Source: Cyanidioschyzon merolae
Taxonomy: Eukaryota
DNA length: 64,000 nucleotides
Direction: 5' to 3' (one strand)
Assembly (NCBI GenBank): GCA_000091205.1
Contig: AP006486.2
The notes beneath the pieces were generated by a model that worked only from the letters and a program-made list of their open reading frames with translations, did not search any database and was not told the DNA's origin. Shown here piece by piece: positions 57,869 through 64,000 of the stretch; position 1 is the first letter of the stretch, and every line of letters begins with the position of its first letter. The position numbers were made by a program, and so were the translations under genes.

Positions 57869-60625
57869 ATGTTTCGAGCTCGCTCTCTGGCGCGTGGCCT
57901 GGGAGTTGCTGGTTGTCTATTGTTGGCGGCGACGTTTTCCGTGTCGGTTGTAGCTGCGTTGTCGCCTGTGAGTACGGTTAGCTGGACCTGGATAGGTGGA
58001 GAGACGGGCACAGGTAAGTATGGAAAGTATGGAACGTTGAACGAGACGTCTCCAGAGAGTGTCCCTGGTGGACGTCAAAATCCAGCAGCCTGGGTCGGAA
58101 GTTCGAGCTTGGTATACTTGTTTGGCGGGTTTGGGAATGGAAACACAACAGGGGGCTACCTCAACGATTTTTGGAGCTTCAACCTCACATCACTCGAGTG
58201 GATGTGGATAGGCGGCTCTTCAGACGTCAACAAACAAGGAGTATATGGCACACTCGGCATAAGCAGCCCAGCCAATATACCTGGCAGTCGTTATGCAAGC
58301 GCATATTGGCAGGCGGACGAGCAGCACTTCTGGTTGTTTGGTGGTTTCGGCTCTGATGTGAACGGTAATGAGGGCGAACTGAACGATATGTGGCGGTACG
58401 ATACTGAAACGGGAATCTGGACGTGGTTCAGTGGGAATGATACTATTAACGCCAATCCAGTCTATGGACCGAAGGATATCTACAGTCAAATTTACAACCC
58501 CGGAGGCCGATATAGCGCGGCATTCTGGCTAGGCACGGACGGTCTGTTTTGGATTTTTGGTGGTGTGGGTATTGCGGGGGATTTTCTGTCAGATCTTTGG
58601 TCATTCAACCCTGTGACATTCGTATGGGCATACAGAGGCGGATCACAACTTGTTAACCAGCCCGGTAACTATAGCGCACCTGGCGTGGCGAGCAACTCAA
58701 ATGCCCCAGGTGCGCGCGGCGCCTCGTATACATGGACAGATTTTGAAGGAAATCTCTGGTTGTTCGGTGGCGCTGGCTACGGAAACAGCACAGCACGAGG
58801 ACCAGGGGACTTGAATGATCTCTGGGTCTACAACATAAGCCAATCCGTATGGATTTTTATCACAGGGAATACCACTATTAGTAATCCAGGATCGTATGGA
58901 ACTCTCGGTGCTTTCTCCCCAACCAGTTACCCAGGTGCAAGAGACTCAGGCGTGAGTTTTGTGGATTCTTTTGGTAATCTACAGCTGTTTGGCGGTGAGG
59001 GATTCGCTAATACAAGCGAATCCTTTGGCAATTTGAACGATCTTTGGGTATTTGATATCACGCTTGGTCAGTGGGCGTGGATCAATGGCAGCCAAAGTGC
59101 GGATGCTCTTTCAGTATATGGAGTTTTGAACGAGTCCAGCTCGAGTGTTGTACCTGGCGGTCGCTATGGACCAGCTTTCTGGAATACAAGTGGGACCGAT
59201 CCGATCCTATTTGGCGGATTTGGATACTCAAACACTAGCAGACCTGGCTATCTCAATGATGTTTTCGCACTGCGTGAAACGTTCTTTACGCCTACCTCTA
59301 CGCCTACGCCAACATCAACGCCAACTGCTACATCGACCCCAACATTCTCGGCAACCGCTTCATCTACGGCTACATCTACGATAACAGCAACCGTAACCTC
59401 GACGTTCACACTGACGCCAACGCCTACATCTACTCCGGTGTGCACCAATGAGATCTGCGGTTCCCCGGGACAGTACACGAACCAGGACGCTTGCGAGCAA
59501 GTCGGATGCTGCTTCAACGCCCAGACGAACGCGTGCACCCTGAAGAGCGTCGCAGCGGCGTGCAGCGCTGTTCCAGTGACACAGCGCGTCCCCTGCGGCT
59601 GGAGCTACATCTATCCCGACGAGTGCACTGCGATACCGGGATGCTGCTGGCAGCCCACAGCGAACGGCATCCTCGCGCCCTGGTGCTACTACGACATCGA
59701 CCATGCACCCCAGGCTTCTGTAGCGCTACAGGAGGTGCAGGCACCGGTTCCCGTCTGCCCGTCACCGGGAGCGCAGCGGCAGCCGTGCGGCAACGCGGGT
59801 ATCAACCAGTTTACCTGCTATGAACAGGGCTGCTGCTACGACTCGCAGGCGCAGAACCAGTGGGTGCAGAACGGCAAGCAGCAGAGTGACTTTACGTCGA
59901 ACCCGTACTGCTTCCAGCCCGAGAAGACGTGCGCGGTGGGTGAGTTTGAGCGCCAGCCGTGCACGAACGCGGTGAATCAGAACCAGCAGCTGACCAACAA
60001 TAACATCAACAATAACCAGTTTGTGCGTCTGCTGAACACGCTGCTGTACGGAGAGCAGCACGGGACGCAGCGCACGAGCTACGCGCCGCAGCAGTGTCTG
60101 GAGGCTGGTTGCTGCCTGGGGCTCGGCAACGAGTGCTTCCAGCCGGTAACCGAGTACGTGTGCCAGACCTACGGGTATGTGTCGAACTCGCTGAGCGGCA
60201 CGACCGGCAACGTATCGAACTCGAGCTATATTCCGTGTGGCCCGGAGTGCTGCAACGCCGAGACGCAGAACTGCACGTACATCCCGTTCAGCAACAACAA
60301 TAACCAGCAGCAGCAGCAGCTGCAACTGCAGCAACAGCAGCAGCAACAACAGGTGCTGCTGCCGTCGTTCTGTGTGTGCAAGGACCCTACAAAGCAGTGC
60401 GGGACGTACCTGATCCCTTCGGATAACCTTGTGAACAAGATGCGTTGCTGCCGCGCTGACGAGGAGTGCATCAACAACCAGTGTGTCGTGATTAGTTCAA
60501 CACCGACTCCGAGTCCCGTGGCTGCGACAGCGACACCCTCTGCGACGGTGTCTGCGACAGCTTCTGCGGCGGTGTCTGCGAGTGCGTCAACATCGGTTTC
60601 GGGTTCAGCTTCAGTTTCTGCTTGA
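57869..60625 (+). CDS. Secreted Kelch/beta-propeller protein with a Thr/Pro-rich linker, about 4 trefoil (P-domain)-like cysteine modules and poly-Gln tracts
   Basis: It starts at ATG with a signal-peptide-like MFRARSLARGLGVAGCLLLAATFSVSVVAALS. Repeated kelch-like blades fit W.WIGG....G.YG....PG.R..A..W.....L.LFGG.G. The linker is TPTSTPTPTSTPTATSTPT. Modules such as QRVPCGWSYIYPDECTAIPGCCWQPTANGILAPWCYY fit R..CG......C....GCC[FWY]......PWC[FY]. The CAG-encoded Q-runs lie at about 60300-60355. Confidence 0.7.
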   Translation: MFRARSLARGLGVAGCLLLAATFSVSVVAALSPVSTVSWTWIGGETGTGKYGKYGTLNETSPESVPGGRQNPAAWVGSSSLVYLFGGFGNGNTTGGYLNDFWSFNLTSLEWMWIGGSSDVNKQGVYGTLGISSPANIPGSRYASAYWQADEQHFWLFGGFGSDVNGNEGELNDMWRYDTETGIWTWFSGNDTINANPVYGPKDIYSQIYNPGGRYSAAFWLGTDGLFWIFGGVGIAGDFLSDLWSFNPVTFVWAYRGGSQLVNQPGNYSAPGVASNSNAPGARGASYTWTDFEGNLWLFGGAGYGNSTARGPGDLNDLWVYNISQSVWIFITGNTTISNPGSYGTLGAFSPTSYPGARDSGVSFVDSFGNLQLFGGEGFANTSESFGNLNDLWVFDITLGQWAWINGSQSADALSVYGVLNESSSSVVPGGRYGPAFWNTSGTDPILFGGFGYSNTSRPGYLNDVFALRETFFTPTSTPTPTSTPTATSTPTFSATASSTATSTITATVTSTFTLTPTPTSTPVCTNEICGSPGQYTNQDACEQVGCCFNAQTNACTLKSVAAACSAVPVTQRVPCGWSYIYPDECTAIPGCCWQPTANGILAPWCYYDIDHAPQASVALQEVQAPVPVCPSPGAQRQPCGNAGINQFTCYEQGCCYDSQAQNQWVQNGKQQSDFTSNPYCFQPEKTCAVGEFERQPCTNAVNQNQQLTNNNINNNQFVRLLNTLLYGEQHGTQRTSYAPQQCLEAGCCLGLGNECFQPVTEYVCQTYGYVSNSLSGTTGNVSNSSYIPCGPECCNAETQNCTYIPFSNNNNQQQQQLQLQQQQQQQQVLLPSFCVCKDPTKQCGTYLIPSDNLVNKMRCCRADEECINNQCVVISSTPTPSPVAATATPSATVSATASAAVSASASTSVSGSASVSA

Positions 60626-60717
60626 GTATGCGCGTTGACGTTTACGTCGTTTAAGGTCTATATCATGTCTATGCTGATCCTCTGTTATGACAATGTTGCA
60701 GACATGTACACAAGATC

Positions 60718-60762
60718 GGTGAATACGAATGAATGAACGAACGAACGAACGAATGAATGCGG
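60718..60762. repeat. GAAT/GAAC microsatellite
   Basis: The sequence is gaatacgaatgaatgaacgaacgaacgaacgaatgaatg. Confidence 0.6.
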
Positions 60763-63700
60763 CTACAGATGTGCGCGGAGAGCACTCTGAAATCCTGCCG
60801 AGGGGGCGTGATTCAGAGGCGATACACATGGAACGACGGGGCAGGAATTCTCTCTCGGAACCTAAAGGAATGATTACCTATGAGCACGAGCGCGCCTATG
60901 ACTATCGCTTTTTCGGCCACGTCGCTGAGTTGCAAAACTTTGCCTTCGTTGCCCCGGAAACCCGGTGCACAGGTTGCGACTAGCGAGTTTTGTGCGACGA
61001 CGCAAACGGATGTAAGCATTGTAGGATTGATGTACTAGCTCGCATTCTGTCCACGACTAGTAGTTCCAGAGCAAGTGCGGTTCGATCCGTGCAACTGAAC
61101 ATTTCACCAGAATACGGTATCCCTAGGGTAAGCGTACATATCAATGAATCCATTTCATCTGCAGCAGCGTCGCTGAGTAAGCAAGTCGCAGAGTTACCAG
61201 CATCAGAGCGCATGTACAGCTCTAGCATCGAAAGCGCATATTGCCTGCTCCAAATGCGGAAGGGTCGTCTCAGAAGTTCTCAGACTCTTGCCTGCTGTCT
61301 GTTGGACAAAACGTGTACAAAAACGACTGTAGCGCACTGTTGGGATCCAGTCCCCGATTTGGGCTTGTTGTCGAGAAAATGACTCCAAGCAGAGGGCGCA
61401 AGTAAGCTATAAGACCATGGACATGTCGCAAGCGTGCTAAATCGTAGAGGCAAGATAGAGCGCACAGCGAGATCCAGAGGGCGAATCTAGCCAAAGTGAG
61501 AGTTACCGCAGCACGGCGAGCAGAGTTGAAGGCAACCTGAGCGCTTTCTTTCTGTAACCGTACCTATCGATTATGTGCAAGGTGGTTGCGAGATGCCCTA
61601 TGATTGAATCTACTGCTGATGAATGGAGGCTTGTCCTCCGGCCAAGGGAGCAACCGAGATGCAGAATATGATGTATCGACTAAAGAAGGTCTCAAGCTTC
61701 ACGATTGACACAGTCGCGGATTCTTTTATCATATGGACGCCATCGCAGCAATATCTGAACGGGGCGGCCACCGACTAATAGTGTAAAGGATTGAGGTGCT
61801 TTTCGCAGACATGATCTTAATAAGCGACGGCAACCTGGATGCTGACCTGAACTAGCGAGACCCTGCAGTGCCGACCAGGATCGCTTTGAGTGTAGACGGA
61901 AGGCAACAATAGCCGGCGCGATCGGGGCTCTTGGTTGTTGACGGTGTTTTCGTTGGTTGACCCGGGTCGCATGTGTCTCAAGAGACGGCGTGCGTTGTGC
62001 TCTGGCACGCTTGCGAGCACCGGTGCGACGGATCTAAGATGCAACCCTAGGCAGAAAGGGTACCAGAGGTGTCATGATGATAGCCGAATGATAGTACCAG
62101 CAGTGGACGGGCGGAACAGCAAATTTACGCTTCATTCGTTGCGGCCATGAAGTAGGTGCTTGCTGATGTGGCGAATGGATCGCTAATGCAGTAGTTTGTC
62201 ATAGTCAATAGACTTGGCATATTGAAAGTGGTCAAAAGAGCTTGTCTGTCTGCTTCATGATAGTTGGAATGGTGATGTTGGATCGATAGCGGTAGCCACT
62301 TGAAAAATGCATGATCAGGCATCTTGTGCAGCGATAGCAGCCTGGCATCGAGCATAAACGCAAGACCTTGGATAGCAGCTTGCAGTCTGGCGATGTAAAG
62401 GAGGTTCTGGTGATGATCCAGTTCGACAGCAGAGATGGAGATATCTCTGGAAGAGGATACCGGAATCAGAGCAAAGATTCCGGATTCTCGAGAAACGGCG
62501 GCCAGGGAGGCAGACCCATCGATGAAGATGAAGGCTTTCATGACAAGCGACTGAAGGTATACGCCCGTACTGTATGTTCATTTGTGAATTTGTGCTCTCA
62601 TATTTGCTGCCACACATTTTCCTAAGCGGTATGGTAGTGTGCGCTATCTTGCCCATGAAAAAGGGTGATACAGTATGTTATCGAGTATATACAGTCTTAA
62701 ATAGAGTAGGAGCCCACGAAGCATTCGATATCTATTCCAGAGATTGGCATCTGAAGCCCGAAAGGCAAAAGATACCTGGTGATACAGTTTGTCCCCCTTG
62801 CAGATTCCAGAGGCCTACGATGAAGATTATGTGGAAAGCGGATCACAAGCAATATGGATCATCGGTGAGTCGATCGCTGTCGATGCAATACCTGCACTAG
62901 TGCGACATACGTAAAAGTTCCAATAGCAGTCTACGGAACATAAAGTTGTGCACGAGACTGCAGTATCGTTCCGTAGAGCACAGCAATCGCACACTGTTGC
63001 GCAGAAACATTAAAGAGAGCGCAATGCGTTGGAGTCCATGATAAATATGAGAAGACGTTCTACACTGAATATACGCCGCGGAACGTACAACATGCTTGAT
63101 ATGATCCGTAACAGCAAAAAGCATATATTTAGTGCTGCGAACACCAAATGTTGGGCGCAAAAACATGCAACGACAAAAGTGTACGGACGCACCGAACAAA
63201 GAGATCGCCAGTTCCAGATAACGAATTGTCATAGGAAGGTAAAGTCATCAAAACCGTAAAGCATGGGGGTGCTCGGAGGAGTCTGGGCTCTCCAGGCGGG
63301 GCCCCAAAGCGTGCTGGGTGCAAGCCAACAGATAAACCAAAACGTCCAAGCCGAATGCTGTCTTTGGCATTGCAGCCCCGGAAATAAAAACAGGGCTCAC
63401 ACCAGGCAATGACAATAAAAGAAAAAAGACACAGACCGAAACCAATCGCTTCACAGCACCCTAATCGATAAAAAATTAGTGACGAGCCGTAGCCCATGGG
63501 TAAGGATGCGTAGCGCCTCGATGAAAATCAGCACAAAGACATATCCCCGAACGGGAGTACAAGAAAGGCTAGATAACCAGTCGTTGACAAAGAGAGGCCA
63601 GGAAAAAAAACCAAGAGATACAAAACACGTAAGCCAACAAATTCGAGCGTGGTAATCGTGAAGAACTGAAACATGTTGGAGTTGCAAAAAATAATTACTT

Positions 63701-63981
63701 GGTTGATAGTAAGGGGCACAGGTGCAAGTAAGCTAGAGTTTTGTTTGCAGCATCGCTACGAAAGTTAGGGTCGCATCCAAACAAAAGTTCGCGTTGATTC
63801 CAAGTGACCACGGTTGCCTATCGATCACAGCTCCAAAATAACTGGATAGCGAGAGTCCGCAATCGCCTAGTAAAAAAAATTCCACAAAAAAAGCCATGAA
63901 AAAAAGAAACGCCAACGAGACTATGGGTCATTAAAAGAATTCCCGACAAGAATAAGCATCGCGACTTGTAGGAGTTGAAGG

Positions 63982-64000
63982 GAATGGGGGGAATGGGGGG
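63982..64000 (+). repeat. Start of the telomeric repeat (AATGGGGGG)n at the window end
   Basis: The last bases are gaatggggggaatgggggg, two AATGGGGGG units. The G-rich strand runs 5'->3' toward the end, as expected for a right-arm telomere. I recall AATGGGGGG as the Cyanidioschyzon merolae telomere unit. Confidence 0.55.

Overview
The window looks like the right end of a nuclear chromosome from a compact, intron-poor, roughly 55% GC photosynthetic eukaryote. The final bases (63982-64000) start an AATGGGGGG repeat, which I recall as the Cyanidioschyzon merolae telomere unit, so I treat the organism as Cyanidiales-like. That recollection should be checked. Housekeeping genes recognised from long intron-free ORFs are: an MTAP/PNP-family phosphorylase, an MtaD-like amidohydrolase, a GATA zinc-finger protein, a Bdp1 (TFIIIB B'')-like SANT protein, an eIF4B/4H-like RRM protein, Rab7, a glycogen/starch phosphorylase, TAF13, a light-dependent protochlorophyllide oxidoreductase, and a secreted Kelch plus trefoil-like cysteine-rich protein. 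The ORF track uses alternative start codons, so I trimmed several N-termini to the first ATG. The most unusual content is a family of decayed Fanzor-like genes (eukaryotic TnpB-like RuvC nuclease; motifs GADPGNTNI, CxxC, NRDINAAINI). Two about 97% identical copies lie head-to-head as a 2.5 kb-arm inverted repeat (15335-21705) around a 1.3 kb spacer. A third, diverged copy sits at 49960-52700, and a solo 3'-end fragment at 53385-53490. All copies carry stop codons or frameshifts. Several of those stops arose by C->T/G->A transitions. Near the Fanzor 3' ends is a roughly 650 bp non-coding repeat family with short A-tails (SINE/retroposon-like): 3 full copies plus 1 fragment. A probable tRNA-Tyr(GTA) with a canonical anticodon-loop intron and an extra 24 nt D-arm insertion lies between them at 49137-49248. 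Other repeats are an 83 bp x ~10 minisatellite upstream of Rab7, two diverged tandem duplications, coding CAG and ACN repeats, and a GAAT/GAAC microsatellite. I found no rRNA and no CRISPR array.
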